Shown here: piece after piece, positions 42,289 through 54,182 of the stretch | Layout: each line of letters begins with the position of its first letter | Numbering within the stretch: the stretch's first letter is position 1 | NCBI GenBank assembly: GCA_034226945.1 | Contig: CP120460.1 | Coordinates: forward strand, 62,001 to 126,000 | Direction: 5' to 3' | From: Picochlorum sp. SENEW3 | Taxonomy: Eukaryota | Length of the DNA: 64,000 nucleotides | Translations under genes and position numbers: made by a program | Notes under the pieces: generated by a model | Told to the model about the DNA's origin: nothing | Database searches by the model: none | What the model saw: only the letters and a program-made list of their open reading frames with translations

Positions 42289-45135
42289 CTAGAATTCTTT
42301 ATCAGTGCTTTTTTGACGCATTCGGAAAATAATGTCTACAACTTGAGGAATAGACAGGGTGACTGCACCAACAATGCCTGTTGCAAGCCATACATAGGGC
42401 CAGTTGGAGGAACCTGCAATCAGTGTTGCGATGGATACGACAGCAAGGACAAACTGGAGTGGCGTTCCAAATTTCAGAAAGTCTCTCGAGGAGTGTCCGC
42501 CGGCTGCCAATGCGAGTAAATTTGTTTGGTATCCAAAGCTTGACATGAAGACTGCCGAGGCCCCCAGCATGACTGCATAACTCAGGATGTAAATGTCAAT
42601 ATCCATGTTCAGGGATATTGTGGCAGCGATTGGAAAGACCAAGGCTGCTGCCGAATTGTTTGATATTATTTGAGACAGGACAACGGTCGCCACATAGACT
42701 GCACCGATGATGAATCCCTTCCCACCAGCATTCTTGCCAATGGAGATGATGAGGTTGGCAATGGCTGCGGCGCCTCCGGATACCTCTAGTCCAGCAGAAA
42801 CACCAAAAGAGCCCGCAATCATCATATAAATATCCCACTTGATTGCATGTCGAGCCTGTGCAGGTGATAAGCACCCTGTCACAAGCATTGTGACTGCGGC
42901 AATGCCTGCACCAATTAGAATATCAAGCACATTGACAGCATACAGGACAAATGCAGCCACGATAAGCACGACGCAGATTCCCGTATGAAGATATCTCGGC
43001 GGATTGGTATTCTCCATTTCTAAAATTACTGAGAAATATTTGCTGTCTTTGTGCTTGGATGCAAAGGCTGGACCACAGTCAAGCAGGAGAATGTCTGATG
43101 CTTGCAGTTCAATTTCCCCTGGCTTTGCTTTGACCCTCTCTCCCTTTCTTGCAACCGCAATCACTGCTGCGTTAAAGTGTTGTCTAAACTTGATGTCCTT
43201 TGGTGTCTTACCTATAAGCGGGGAACCTCGAGCAACAACAGCTTGGACAAGACGCCTCTCCACATGCTTGACATCTTCCAACCGCGATGCATGCTCCTCT
43301 GCCAATGGTACCAAGCCAGGTGTATTGCGAATAAATTTCACGGAGGATGCATCCCCTGCAAAGCAAAGAATGTCACCATCTTCTAGAATTTCTTTTGGGT
43401 CTACTGCATGAAGAGTGGTAGGCCCTCTCTCAATAGCCACCAGGAATGCATTGGGCAACTTTCGCAATCCAGCCTTGTGGACACTTGTTCCAGCAAGCGT
43501 GCCCGTCACTTGCATGTAAACCATGAATTCATTATTCGATTTCACCTGTCCACTCTTTGATATGCCGGTAAAATTCGCATTGACTTCTGCAGAGGTCCAA
43601 AACTGCGGCCTCACATCCAGCAGCAACTCGTCCCCAGAACGCAACACCTCATCCCCAATGGTTGGCCCAGTCCATGCCAATGGCAGCCCTTTCCTTTTAA
43701 TAGACACCACAGCAGCATGAAATGTTCGTCGAAACATACAATCTCGAATATTCTGACCATCAATTGCAGCATTCTTTTTAATGGTCGCCTGTACCAACTC
43801 CAACGGCGATTCCTTGGGAGATACTGGGACGTCAATGACAGAATCCTCTCTGGGTACGGATATAGTCTCAGTCCCGAATGCTGCGGACAAGTTAGCAACA
43901 TCATGTACATCTAAAACATCGATAGAGTCTGTGTATGGAATCAAATGATGCTTTTCGGCAATTTCTTCAATACCGTCAGGCACCCCAGAAAAATACAAGA
44001 TGTCTCCAGAGGCAAGTATGAATTCAGACCCAACAGCATGCACCACCTTGCCACTCCTTCTGACAGATGCAAGGTACACCCCTTCCAGATGCCTCAACCC
44101 CGCATTCTCAATCGTCATGCCAATCGATGGAGATGATGGTTTTATCATGAGGCCGATGAAAAAATCGCTTGAATCAAACCCATTGGCCTGCTCCATGCCA
44201 TTCCCTTCATCAGATGACAAGGGCCTGTTCCTCCTCAAAAGCGCTTGACCCACTCGTTGGAAGGTTCTCATTCCAGCTCCTCCTGTCAGCAGAAAAGGGG
44301 AGGCATATAATATGTAAATCACACCCCATATAACGTTAGGCAACCCATAGGGCGTGACACCAAACAAGGGAATCTTGGACAACCCTGGCTGGTAGTATGG
44401 ACTGAGGGGATTCAACACCTTTTCAGTAAACTGACCAGTTACGACAAGATTTGTACTCGTTCCTATCGACGTATTCAATCCTCCAAGCAAACAGCAATAC
44501 GATAACGGTATCAGCAACTGGCGTATATTAAGCTCTGCCTTGGATGCCCATGTCATGACGATAGGAAGCATGATTAAAAACACAGGCGTGTCATTAATAA
44601 ACGACGAAATCGTCGCAGCAATCAAACACATCCTTACTTGCGCCAGCATGACATCATTCGGATTCCCAAGAAGCTTGGTGATGAAATAATCTGCTCCACC
44701 TGTCGCTGTAAAACCTTGTGCCACCACAAAGAGAACCACCACAGTCAGCAGGCCAGAATTCGCATACCCACTGATGGCAAGCTGTAATGGAAGAATTTTA
44801 AACACAACCATGAGCAAAAGGACCAAATTCATAGCGAAATCAGCGCCAACGACATCGAAAATCATGAGAAAGAAGCCCATGAAGATCAACACCAGAGACA
44901 GCCATCCTTTGCCATCCAGATCAGAAAACGTGGTATCCAGCGCCGCTTGGTCCTCGTCAGTCCCTCCCCCATCCCCTTCAGGCACACTCTGATCTTTGAC
45001 AGCATCCCCCATCAACAAGGAAGGGACCACCATCAGAACAATCGCCAGTGCAGTCGTCGCCAGAACAAAGCACACATAGACCCGTTCGCTATGCCGTATC
45101 TTGTCCACCTTCTCCTTCACCGCAGATAAAACCAT
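42289..45135 (-). CDS. Sodium/sulfate cotransporter (SLT/SAC1-like; SLC13/CitMHS with TrkA-C repeats)
   Basis: SSFINDTP, IPLSY..LGG..TSIGTSTNL, four TrkA-C repeats, ISNNSAAAL, FGYQTNL, DFLKFGTPLQ. Confidence 0.9.
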   Translation of the reverse strand: MVLSAVKEKVDKIRHSERVYVCFVLATTALAIVLMVVPSLLMGDAVKDQSVPEGDGGGTDEDQAALDTTFSDLDGKGWLSLVLIFMGFFLMIFDVVGADFAMNLVLLLMVVFKILPLQLAISGYANSGLLTVVVLFVVAQGFTATGGADYFITKLLGNPNDVMLAQVRMCLIAATISSFINDTPVFLIMLPIVMTWASKAELNIRQLLIPLSYCCLLGGLNTSIGTSTNLVVTGQFTEKVLNPLSPYYQPGLSKIPLFGVTPYGLPNVIWGVIYILYASPFLLTGGAGMRTFQRVGQALLRRNRPLSSDEGNGMEQANGFDSSDFFIGLMIKPSSPSIGMTIENAGLRHLEGVYLASVRRSGKVVHAVGSEFILASGDILYFSGVPDGIEEIAEKHHLIPYTDSIDVLDVHDVANLSAAFGTETISVPREDSVIDVPVSPKESPLELVQATIKKNAAIDGQNIRDCMFRRTFHAAVVSIKRKGLPLAWTGPTIGDEVLRSGDELLLDVRPQFWTSAEVNANFTGISKSGQVKSNNEFMVYMQVTGTLAGTSVHKAGLRKLPNAFLVAIERGPTTLHAVDPKEILEDGDILCFAGDASSVKFIRNTPGLVPLAEEHASRLEDVKHVERRLVQAVVARGSPLIGKTPKDIKFRQHFNAAVIAVARKGERVKAKPGEIELQASDILLLDCGPAFASKHKDSKYFSVILEMENTNPPRYLHTGICVVLIVAAFVLYAVNVLDILIGAGIAAVTMLVTGCLSPAQARHAIKWDIYMMIAGSFGVSAGLEVSGGAAAIANLIISIGKNAGGKGFIIGAVYVATVVLSQIISNNSAAALVFPIAATISLNMDIDIYILSYAVMLGASAVFMSSFGYQTNLLALAAGGHSSRDFLKFGTPLQFVLAVVSIATLIAGSSNWPYVWLATGIVGAVTLSIPQVVDIIFRMRQKSTDKEF

Positions 45136-45591
45136 AGTGCAATTGATTCAAATAGAGATACAAATGAGATGAGAAAATCGACAATCTCAGCGCAACTGAA
45201 TAAACACGTGACGATTCCCAAGAGTTCTGACACGTCTCATCGCGTCTATCAATCCTATTCGTAGAATTGTTGCATTTGTGAATAATTCATTCAATCATGG
45301 TTTTAGATGTAAAAATAGATATATTCGCAACATCATTCCGACCGGAGATGCTCTGATATAACTGGATTTTGGTCAACGAAGAGATTCAAATCCCAACAAC
45401 GACAAAAAAAAAAAGGAACCGATTCTTATTATTCGTATTCAAGGAAGGCACATTCCTTGATTAGAATATAAAATTGCATTCGAATTCTGCAACGCTTGAA
45501 GAGATCCTGGTAATGCCGTTCAGAATAATGGAAATATCATTGGCATATCGAAGAATTTGAAATTCAAATACCATCGCAGACAATTGAGTCT

Positions 45592-46392
45592 ATGCAACGA
45601 TATCTACTGGGGAGACGAGCACTCCTATTGGTCACTGGAACGAGCAGGAGACAGTTGTCTACTCACTATCCTCGTTATCACAGCGATATATCTGACTTTT
45701 CTTATAGAAGAGAATTCAAGAGCTTGTATTCTACCATTAGAACAGCGATGGGAGCGGGGAATAGTAGAACATTGGATTCTCCACCTCTTGGGAGATTATC
45801 GACAGAAAACACAGCACTATTCATCTGCGATGTACAGGAGCGATTCAGAACAGTCATTCATGGATTTCCTGCGGTTGTGGATGTGGCTCGGCGCATGACA
45901 ATGGCTGCGCATGAGTTGGGGCTGCCAGTGGTCATTACGGAGCAATATCCCAAGGCATTAGGGTCCACTGTATCTGAAGTTACAGAGGTTTTGCAGAGCA
46001 GCGAGGCATCATCACCGTACACGAATATTGTTGCAAAGACAGATTTCAGCATGATGGTTCCAGATGTCAAGGGTCCTTTGGGGACTGAATTGAGCCATGT
46101 GAAGAACATTCTCTTGCTTGGTGTGGAAACCCATGTCTGTATTCTCCAGACGGCGATTGATCTTGTGGAGATGGGATACCATGTTCACATTCTTGTTGAT
46201 GGGGTGTCGTCGCAGAGAGTTGGGGATAGGTCTGCTGCCCTGCATCGATTAGCGCAGCAGCATGGTCACATTCATATTGCGTCATCAGAGATGACGCTGT
46301 TCCAGATGATGGTGAATACCAGTCACCCGTCATTCAAAGCTGTGAGTAAGATTGTCAAGGGTGATCGACCAGAGCAATTGCCTCCCATGTAA
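45592..46392 (+). CDS. Isochorismatase domain protein (ISOC-like)
   Basis: LFICDVQERF, TEQYPKALG, KTDFSM, GVETHVCILQT, DGVSS. Confidence 0.9.
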   Translation: MQRYLLGRRALLLVTGTSRRQLSTHYPRYHSDISDFSYRREFKSLYSTIRTAMGAGNSRTLDSPPLGRLSTENTALFICDVQERFRTVIHGFPAVVDVARRMTMAAHELGLPVVITEQYPKALGSTVSEVTEVLQSSEASSPYTNIVAKTDFSMMVPDVKGPLGTELSHVKNILLLGVETHVCILQTAIDLVEMGYHVHILVDGVSSQRVGDRSAALHRLAQQHGHIHIASSEMTLFQMMVNTSHPSFKAVSKIVKGDRPEQLPPM

Positions 46393-46571
46393 TGTTGGTG
46401 TACATGTGTCGTACTCTCCATGTACATGTGCATAAGCATGAAAATGGGGTACAATGGTACTACCTAGAAATTTGTGATTACTTCCTGAATATTTGAGGAT
46501 TATTTCGATTGATTCTAACAATTATCGACATAAAACAGTCATCATGTGTCTCTGAGCGTGCATCTGCAGCA

Positions 46572-47570
46572 ATGGTTCGTGTCGGTTACATTCTTCCTAG
46601 GCCTTGGAATTGCCGGGTGCCTTTGAGATCCTATACAGCCCAGGCATCATCGCGAAACCATTCTTCTTCCCCTAATAATGCTGGTTCCGAGTATGGAGAG
46701 GGATTCACAGTCTTTACGAGAACAGGGGAACGGACGAGGCTGGATGTCGATACCATGAACGAGTCTTTAAAGGTCCGTGGTGCTGATAGGATGAGGTTTT
46801 CTATGCATCCGGATCAGGCATTTGGGTTACTTTACGATTTGGATGCTCTCATGGATGTTGATGTGTGGACAAAGGGGGCGTGGTTGAATGTGGCCAGATC
46901 TAATCGACTTGGGTTTCCTCATCCATCTGACGCTGTTTGGGATCGGGTGAGTGGCATGATGGCTGAGAGGGCGATACTGGAGGTTCTTCGTTGGACGGAT
47001 GATATCAAGGTGGCACGGGCGTTGGCATTTGAGGTGTATGAGGCAATAGAGGATACAGATGGGGTGGGGGACAAGCTTGTGTATGATGACACTGTTGGAT
47101 GGGTGGAGGTGACGACGCAGGAGTTTAAGATTCCTTCTGCATTGGTGTCATCTATGAGTAGAAAAGCTGTGACTGGGTTGCTGGGGGAGGGCGTGGTGGG
47201 GTACTTTGATGCGCTGGTTACCGGGGAAGATGATATGGAGACGACATCATTGCAGTATTTAGCTGCTGCCTTGAAACTTGGGCGGGCTCCTGAGCAGTGC
47301 GTCGTGTTTTGTACGTCTCAGAATTCTATTGTTGCGGCGCATAATTGTTCGATGAGGGCGGTGGGGGTGATTGGTAGATGCTCTGCGCATCAGCTGCGAG
47401 GGGCTGATTTGACAGTTGGGTCTTTAAAAGAGTTGTCAGTGTATAATATCCGGCGATTGTTTGCGAATAAAGGTGGTGGCAATTTTATGGATTTGGAAAA
47501 GAAAATTGATGATGATGTGGGACAGGAACCTGGACGGAGGGTTCGCCATGCTACAGATGAAGCAGAATGA
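46572..47570 (+). CDS. HAD-like hydrolase, probably plastid-targeted
   Basis: Transit-like N-terminus; YDLDAL, FDALVTGED, LGRAPEQCVVF, AAHNCSMRAV, ADLTV.SL.ELSV.NIRRLF. Confidence 0.8.
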   Translation: MVRVGYILPRPWNCRVPLRSYTAQASSRNHSSSPNNAGSEYGEGFTVFTRTGERTRLDVDTMNESLKVRGADRMRFSMHPDQAFGLLYDLDALMDVDVWTKGAWLNVARSNRLGFPHPSDAVWDRVSGMMAERAILEVLRWTDDIKVARALAFEVYEAIEDTDGVGDKLVYDDTVGWVEVTTQEFKIPSALVSSMSRKAVTGLLGEGVVGYFDALVTGEDDMETTSLQYLAAALKLGRAPEQCVVFCTSQNSIVAAHNCSMRAVGVIGRCSAHQLRGADLTVGSLKELSVYNIRRLFANKGGGNFMDLEKKIDDDVGQEPGRRVRHATDEAE

Positions 47571-47579
47571 ACGAATGAA

Positions 47580-50500
47580 TTATAATCCAAATGTTCTCTT
47601 TTTTGTGGGCCGAGGGCCTCCTATGGATGCAATGGATGCTCGCTGTTTGGCGCGCTGTTTCTGTTTCGCTTCCTCTTCAATATTCTTTAGCTTGGATTCT
47701 TCCTCTTTCACGCTCTGCATCTCGCGCTCCATGGCTATTTGCCTGGATTTGAGCTGGGAGGCATGGTCCAAGCGGGAAGCATCCGTCTCTTTGATGGAGA
47801 AGAATGCGGGGCCGAGTTCAGCAAGCCATTCTGGATCCACTGCAGTAACGCATTGCATGTACTCTTTCGTTGTAAATACGAGCTCGTGGTAAATTATATA
47901 GTCTGGAGTGTATCCTAGACCGTACAATGCGGATGTCGGGTGTAAATGACATGGGATGCCTGTTCGGCAGTTGACATATTCTCCAATGCCCTTGAGCTTG
48001 CCTGCATTGTGAAAGTATGCAGAACATATTGCCTTTCGTATAATATCCCAATCGTTTCCACACGACACGATACGAATCTTTTGCTGCTCCATGATGTCCA
48101 ACAGTTGCGAACGGACCTCTTTTGCCTTCTTCAAGCCTTTTGGCTGCAGGAAGTGTGCGCTGCACCAATCACTTCTGTATCCGTTTGTCTTCCACTGCTG
48201 ATACACGTGAAGGAGCGTGAGATGGTCAGATTCTGGGACAAAGAATTTTTCGCGGGCAGCATCACTCTCTTCAGCTCTGTCTGGTGGTCTGAAAAATACA
48301 GAAGGGACACTAAGCATGGATACAATGGTCAGCACTTCATTAGAGCAACCCATTTCTTCACCCACGAGCAGCATTTTTGCCAGGGGTGGATCTAATGGAA
48401 ATTCAACCATCTTTCTTCCCAATTTTGTGAGGGAACCCGTGTTGTCCAAGGCACCCAATATCCACAATTGATACATGGAGTTGGCAATGTTTTCTTGTGG
48501 AGGAGGGTCCATGAAGTCAAACTGCATCAAGTCCTTGACGTTCAGGCTCTTGAGCAGCAAGACGACGTTGGCGAGGTTGGTCCGCTGTATTTCTGGAACT
48601 GTTGTCGGAAGCATCTCATGAACAAATGCGCTCTCTGTGTACAGTCTCCAGCAGGTTCCTGGTCCGGTCCTCCCTGCTCTTCCAGACCTCTGGTTTGCAG
48701 CAGCCTGTGACTCGGGGAATACTGTCAATGCATCCATTCCAATTTTCGAATTGTACACTTTCATTTTCACGTATCCTGTGTCGATCACGTAAATGATTCC
48801 ATCGACTGTGAGAGATGTTTCTGCTATATTGGTTGATACAATGCACTTTCTGGTTCCCTCTGGTGCTCGCTCAAAAATTTTTGCCTGGAGATCCGAAGGC
48901 AGCTGGGAATAAATTGGTAAAATTAGCAAAGGGTTGATGCCCTCTCCCAAGTGCTCCAGTCTCTCTTGCAAAGCAAAGCACGTTGCTTCGATTTCCTCCT
49001 GACCCGTCATGAAAATGAGAATGTCTCCTGCTGGATGCCCGAGATGTACTGCTATTGCTTGTTTCACGGCAGCCTCAACATAATCCTCTTGGGGAGTTTT
49101 CGAAAACATGACGTCGACAGGGAACGTCCTTCCAGGAATCTTGAAAATTGGAGCACGGCCAAAGAAGTTTGAAAATTTATCTGCGTCCAGCGTTGCAGAT
49201 GTTACTATCAATCTGAAGTCACGCCTTCTGGAAACAACTTTTTTCAGGATTCCAAAGAGGACATCCGTATTAAGAGAGCGCTCGTGTGCCTCATCCATGA
49301 TAACAGCGCTATACCTGTCCAAGTCAGGTTCTGTCAACGTCTCCCTCAACAAGACACCATCAGTCATGTACTTGATGGCAGTATCTTCAGATGTGACATC
49401 CTCAAAACGAATTGAATACCCCACCTCTTTTCCTAGTTCGACCCCCATTTCATCGCTAACACGCTTTGCAACACTCATTGCCGCTACTCTTCGTGGCTGT
49501 GTGCAACCCACTTGACCAACCTTTGTAAATCCTTCCTCATGCAAATATTGTGTCATTTGAGTTGTCTTGCCACTTCCTGTTTCACCAACAACAATGACAA
49601 CTTGATTCTCTCGAATAACTTGTATCATCTCATCTCGCACGCTAAACGCAGGTAAATATTTCCTCTGCTCTGAAATGCTCTTTGTCTTTGCAAACTCGGA
49701 AACTGCCTCAGATTTCTTCATATGAGATTTGAATTGTGATCTTTCCCGCCGCGCCTTTCTGCCTTCTTCCCCTTCCTCATCTGAGTTTACTTCTGTGGGA
49801 TCGACCACGTCATCCCCGGCTTCTTTTCTCAATTCCTCTCGCGCTTTTTCCCCTTCCTCCACCTCTTTCTCTGTCAATCCAGTGATTTTACCAATTTTTG
49901 AGCCAGCCACTTCCCAGAATCGAGCCCTACTCTTATTTGCGTCCTTCTTCTCGCGGATTTCTTTGACAATTTTACTCCCATTTCGTGCGATAACAGCCAA
50001 ATCAGATGTCGGATCCTTCAAAGGCATGACAGGGCCCTTTTGCTTTGTAAACAAAAACCGCCCATCCAAAAAGGGAGGTCTTGTATCATGAACGAGCAGC
50101 AAAACTCTGGAATCGCCATCATGTGTCATATCAAGATCCACCTCAAGAGGGTTGACGACACCGCTAGTAAGAAGTCTATTCTCTTCCCAAGCATTCATGT
50201 CCTTTTGCATTTCAGAAGCCCGTTTGCTCTGAGCCAGTGTCATCAGACTTCCGTCCCTCCTGGTCAATTTCTTCTGAGCAATCTCTTTCCGCCGCACAAG
50301 CGATGGGTCATTCTCAGCATCACCCAAGAACGGATCATGGCTTTGGTCCAAAGCCCCTCCTTCCTCCTGAGCATACCATTCTCGATCAAGCTGCTCTTCT
50401 ATTGCTTCAAGTTCTGCATAATCCACTGCAGGCTCTCTACGACGGTCATCTACTTGATACCTATTTCTACCGTCCTCATCTTCAAATCGAACCCGTCCAG

Positions 50501-51110
50501 TATCCCTCACATCTCTCCTTTGCAGTCGAGATCCAGGCCGTGATACATGATGAGATGCTGATGGGGCGTCCCAGCTGCTACTATAATGAGACGGCCGCCT
50601 TGATTCTCTCCTCTCACCTCCTCTTGAAGGAGTATCTTGCCAAGAAGAAGACGACGGCCTCCTATCATCATCATATCTCCTTTTATATCGACTCGATGAA
50701 TACCCACCTCCATCCCTCCGTCTTGCTCCCCGCTCCTCATCCGCATCCCTGTCCCGCGCTCGAGACGTATCATACTCTCGCTTCTTCCTCGAACTATGCT
50801 CTCGCCTCCGGAACCCCTGCTCTTTCCCAACGCCGTCCTCCTCTTCATCCAACCCACTAAACGATATTGCCACACCTTGCTTCTGCTGCTTCTCTCGCCT
50901 CTTTTGAGCAGCCAGCTTATCTAAACCTGAAATACGGGTACAATATTTTAGAATATATGCTATAATATGAATTATATGCCTACTGTACGCACCTAGAATA
51001 GACCGGCGAGGTTCCGGTGCCCGAAAAGTATGCTTGTCCTCCTGCTCCTCCTTGTCCCCACGTCGCTTCATTATTTGAAGCCCTCCCACATCAGAACCAG
51101 ATTCCTCCAT
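47580..51110 (-). CDS. PRP16: Pre-mRNA splicing DEAH-box helicase PRP16/DHX38; in-frame intron 50927-50992
   Basis: [40 protein letters not shown]16-specific LDREWY and [10 protein letters not shown]. Confidence 0.96.
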   Translation of the reverse strand: MEESGSDVGGLQIMKRRGDKEEQEDKHTFRAPEPRRSILGAYSRHIIHIIAYILKYCTRISGLDKLAAQKRREKQQKQGVAISFSGLDEEEDGVGKEQGFRRREHSSRKKREYDTSRARDRDADEERGARRRDGGGYSSSRYKRRYDDDRRPSSSSWQDTPSRGGERRESRRPSHYSSSWDAPSASHHVSRPGSRLQRRDVRDTGRVRFEDEDGRNRYQVDDRRREPAVDYAELEAIEEQLDREWYAQEEGGALDQSHDPFLGDAENDPSLVRRKEIAQKKLTRRDGSLMTLAQSKRASEMQKDMNAWEENRLLTSGVVNPLEVDLDMTHDGDSRVLLLVHDTRPPFLDGRFLFTKQKGPVMPLKDPTSDLAVIARNGSKIVKEIREKKDANKSRARFWEVAGSKIGKITGLTEKEVEEGEKAREELRKEAGDDVVDPTEVNSDEEGEEGRKARRERSQFKSHMKKSEAVSEFAKTKSISEQRKYLPAFSVRDEMIQVIRENQVVIVVGETGSGKTTQMTQYLHEEGFTKVGQVGCTQPRRVAAMSVAKRVSDEMGVELGKEVGYSIRFEDVTSEDTAIKYMTDGVLLRETLTEPDLDRYSAVIMDEAHERSLNTDVLFGILKKVVSRRRDFRLIVTSATLDADKFSNFFGRAPIFKIPGRTFPVDVMFSKTPQEDYVEAAVKQAIAVHLGHPAGDILIFMTGQEEIEATCFALQERLEHLGEGINPLLILPIYSQLPSDLQAKIFERAPEGTRKCIVSTNIAETSLTVDGIIYVIDTGYVKMKVYNSKIGMDALTVFPESQAAANQRSGRAGRTGPGTCWRLYTESAFVHEMLPTTVPEIQRTNLANVVLLLKSLNVKDLMQFDFMDPPPQENIANSMYQLWILGALDNTGSLTKLGRKMVEFPLDPPLAKMLLVGEEMGCSNEVLTIVSMLSVPSVFFRPPDRAEESDAAREKFFVPESDHLTLLHVYQQWKTNGYRSDWCSAHFLQPKGLKKAKEVRSQLLDIMEQQKIRIVSCGNDWDIIRKAICSAYFHNAGKLKGIGEYVNCRTGIPCHLHPTSALYGLGYTPDYIIYHELVFTTKEYMQCVTAVDPEWLAELGPAFFSIKETDASRLDHASQLKSRQIAMEREMQSVKEEESKLKNIEEEAKQKQRAKQRASIASIGGPRPTKKRTFGL

Positions 51111-51300
51111 TTTAATAATTTAATTATGCATGCTATGTGGCATCCAGTACTCACATGTGATGTACATTGCATAGGAGATGCATGAAATTCCTTGAATGGG
51201 ACATTAAAACTCTCCTGCATTTCAAATCTTCCATTTTGAATATTCTCCCAGATCGTTGGTTGAAAAACATAATAAAATCATCAAACGTGTACGTCATATC

Positions 51301-51798
51301 ATGTCCGCAAAGGACAATGGCCAAAAGACCGGGATCGGCAAGCCAACTTCTCCAGTTGACGTAGATGCTCTTCTCAAAGACTCAGAAGAAGCTTTAAAGC
51401 GTATTGAAGCAATTGAACAGAGAAAGAATGATCCATGGACTGTGAAAATTCAGAGACATGTGAAGAGAAACTCCCATCACCTCGTAAACCTTGGTCTGGC
51501 AGCAGGTCTTGTGGGTCTCTCGTTGGTGCGGTATCATGAGAAATATGCCCAGCAAGACAATATCGCAGGCCTCCAGGAGCGCATAGATGAGATTGAAGAG
51601 AAATTACGTCAAGCGAATGAACATGCTCGGGCTGGCAACGAGTTGGCAGCTGCTGTGGAGGATGCCTTGGAGAGCACCTCTGCCTGGCAGATCAAGTCTG
51701 TATTACAGCAAAAGATGGAACGATATAGGAATGTGCCTCGTATAGCAGAGAATGGTGATCGCCCAGCGACTCCAGACACGGCAAGGCCCTTCATTTGA
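51301..51798 (+). CDS. Hypothetical single-TM coiled-coil protein
   Basis: ATG ORF with one hydrophobic segment followed by a heptad-rich region. Confidence 0.55.
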   Translation: MSAKDNGQKTGIGKPTSPVDVDALLKDSEEALKRIEAIEQRKNDPWTVKIQRHVKRNSHHLVNLGLAAGLVGLSLVRYHEKYAQQDNIAGLQERIDEIEEKLRQANEHARAGNELAAAVEDALESTSAWQIKSVLQQKMERYRNVPRIAENGDRPATPDTARPFI

Positions 51799-51954
51799 TC
51801 GATTATAACATATCAGTGGATGCACAACACAAAAGCATTAGTGTGGATTACAGCATACACACATGTGTGTTTCAAAAATCCTGAGAGATGGCATTGCCAC
51901 AACCACAACGTTTTGGCCAAGGTACCTCAATTGCTATACATTCTGGACATCTTA

Positions 51955-51978
51955 ATTATTATTATTATTATTATTATT
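51955..51978. repeat. (ATT)8 microsatellite
   Basis: Read directly from the sequence. Confidence 0.9.
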
Positions 51979-51999
51979 CATTAGTAGTAGAATCCAGTC

Positions 52000-53258
52000 A
52001 TGCCCGTTCCTGTGAGTGTGACCCATAAGAACGGTTCTGGGCTGGAAGCAGCTCAGCACGACGTCCTGCCCACCTCCTCCAGTCTGTTTGATCGGTTGGG
52101 TTCCGGGTCTGGAAAAAATGTCAACAACAATGTGGGTGTGTCAGAGGGTGCGCGTAAGAAATCCTCCCCTTCAGAAGTCGCAGTGCAAGAGGACTCTGAC
52201 GTGCCAGCAGTTCGAACAAATAACCTCAGCTTCTGGTACTGCGATATAGGTACATTGGTGTTCATATGAATATATTTGATATACTACATGGTAAAATGGG
52301 TGATTATTGATCGCAGATGGACGGCCATTGTCGAATCGCCAAGCTGTGGTTGAGAACTTGAGTGTAGACATTCCACGAGGGGCAACGGTGCTTCTGATCG
52401 GGCCAAATGGGGCTGGTAAGACGACGCTATTAAAAGTATTAGCTGGGAAGCATATGGTGCCTGCTGGAGCTGTGCAGGTATTGGGAATGTCCCCGTTTCA
52501 CTCGACTGGTTTGACTTCCTCTGGGTCTCTTGCATATGTTGGGGGCAACTGGGAGCGGGATATTGCATTTGCTGGATACTCCATTCCACTTGCAGTACGT
52601 GTATGATATGTAATTACTTGACACTAGCACCAAGAGATGCGTCCAATGATGACAAGTACATGGCATGTAGGGAGATATTCCAGCTCGGCAAATGCTGCAT
52701 AGCATGCCTGATGTGGACCCGAAACGATTGGAGCGGCTCATCAATGTGTTGGATATAGATCCAGAGTGGAGAATGCATCTTGTATCAGATGGTCAGAGGA
52801 GGAGGGTGCAGATTGCGATGGGTCTGCTCAAGCCATTTGATGTCCTCCTCTTGGATGAGATTACTGTTGATTTGGATGTCCTTGGTAGGGCGGATTTGAT
52901 GAATTTCTTAAAAGAAGAATGTGCATCAAGAAATGCGACGATTATCTACGCGACGCACATATTTGATGGATTGGAATCGTGGCCCTCCCATGTGATGTAT
53001 GTCGCACAAGGGCAGTTAAGGCTGTTTGAGGAGGCACGCACAATTCCAGAACTGCAACAGGGCAAGCTTCTTGGTCTGGTAGAGGGGTGGCTGAGGAAAG
53101 AAAAAGCAGAAAGAGAAGCTATTGAAGGACCTGTGAAGGTTACGTACGACGGAGACAAAGGGTCTGGTGAGCAGGCAAGAGCTGAATGGAATAATGGGTG
53201 GAAAGCTGGCAGAATATCATCAAGCATGAAGCTGAGCAGCAACGCTGTGATTCGCTAA
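52000..53258 (+). CDS. Soluble ABC ATPase, ABCI19-21/CAF16-like; introns 52250-52316 and 52595-52670
   Basis: GPNGAGKTT, VSDGQRRRVQI, LLLDEITVDLD, YATHIFDG. Confidence 0.9.
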
Positions 53259-53289
53259 TATATTACATATATATAGTATACATATAGTA

Positions 53290-53955
53290 TTATCTTTTGG
53301 CACGAAGCATGAGGAATGTGGACCATCCGAATGACACGGAGTTGAGCCACAAGACTCGTAATGACAAGGGAACATAAAACTGATTAATCAGACTTGCAAT
53401 AGGCCATATGGCAAAACCTTTCATTTGAACATGCGCATATTCTTTTTTAACCTTCTGTATAGTATCTTTGAAATTCTTCTGTTCAATGACGTGCCCGATG
53501 AAGGACAAAAATACAATGTTGGCAAGAGGGCCATAGACAAGCTGATCAATGATTGTCTTGCGAAGAGCCCATGCTGTTCGAGATTCTCCCCGCCTACGAG
53601 GAACCAGTCGTTCTAGTGCATTCTGCCAATAATGAACCGATGGACCAGCCCATACGATGCCAAAGGCCACATATTTCATGACCATGTGCCACGACACATG
53701 ACGTTTGTTGTGGCGACCTCTTGTTTTCTGAGCAACCACATTTGACAGCCCATTCAACACACCCGCCGTCAGAGACTATAGACACATCATCAACACCCCA
53801 TTAATTCTTCAACCCTTTATGACATAAAATGGATCGTTCAGCCCACATCGCACCTTTGTCAAGAGAGGATCCTTTTGAAGTTTGTTCAGGTATGCCCTCC
53901 ATACCAGAACAAGCAACGACCTTGTCTGCTTCCTGCCACCATCCTGCGGTGCCAT
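53290..53955 (-). CDS. Mpv17/PMP22 family membrane protein (peroxisomal PMP22-like); intron 53776-53853
   Basis: WRAYLNKLQKDPLLTK|SLTAGVL..VAQ, GPSVHYW, DQLVYGP, WP..INQFYVP..RV. Confidence 0.88.
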
Positions 53956-54182
53956 CACAGATACAATATAGAGGTTTATAGTCTGAGTTATGAGAGCGGA
54001 ATGGCACCCATCAAGACCCTATTGATGGGTGCCAGACAAGGCCATGTGTCCCCATGGGGCTCTTCGACTCCGATAAGAATTGATAGCGGCTGAAGATTTG
54101 AATACGCCACGATCCTCTCTGATGAGGATATCTGATATTTTATTATTTTGCTATTTATTTTATGGATTTTATTGAGTAGAGA

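Noticed and set aside
45513..45546. Miniature C/D-like motif on the minus strand (TGCC-AATGATA…CTGA-ACGGCA)
   Set aside because: Only about 11 nt between the boxes, too short for a snoRNA; likely chance.
50927..50992. Odd hydrophobic insert in the PRP16 N-terminus (and a similar one at 57195-57263)
   Set aside because: These are stop-free 3n GT-AG introns read through by the ORF finder.
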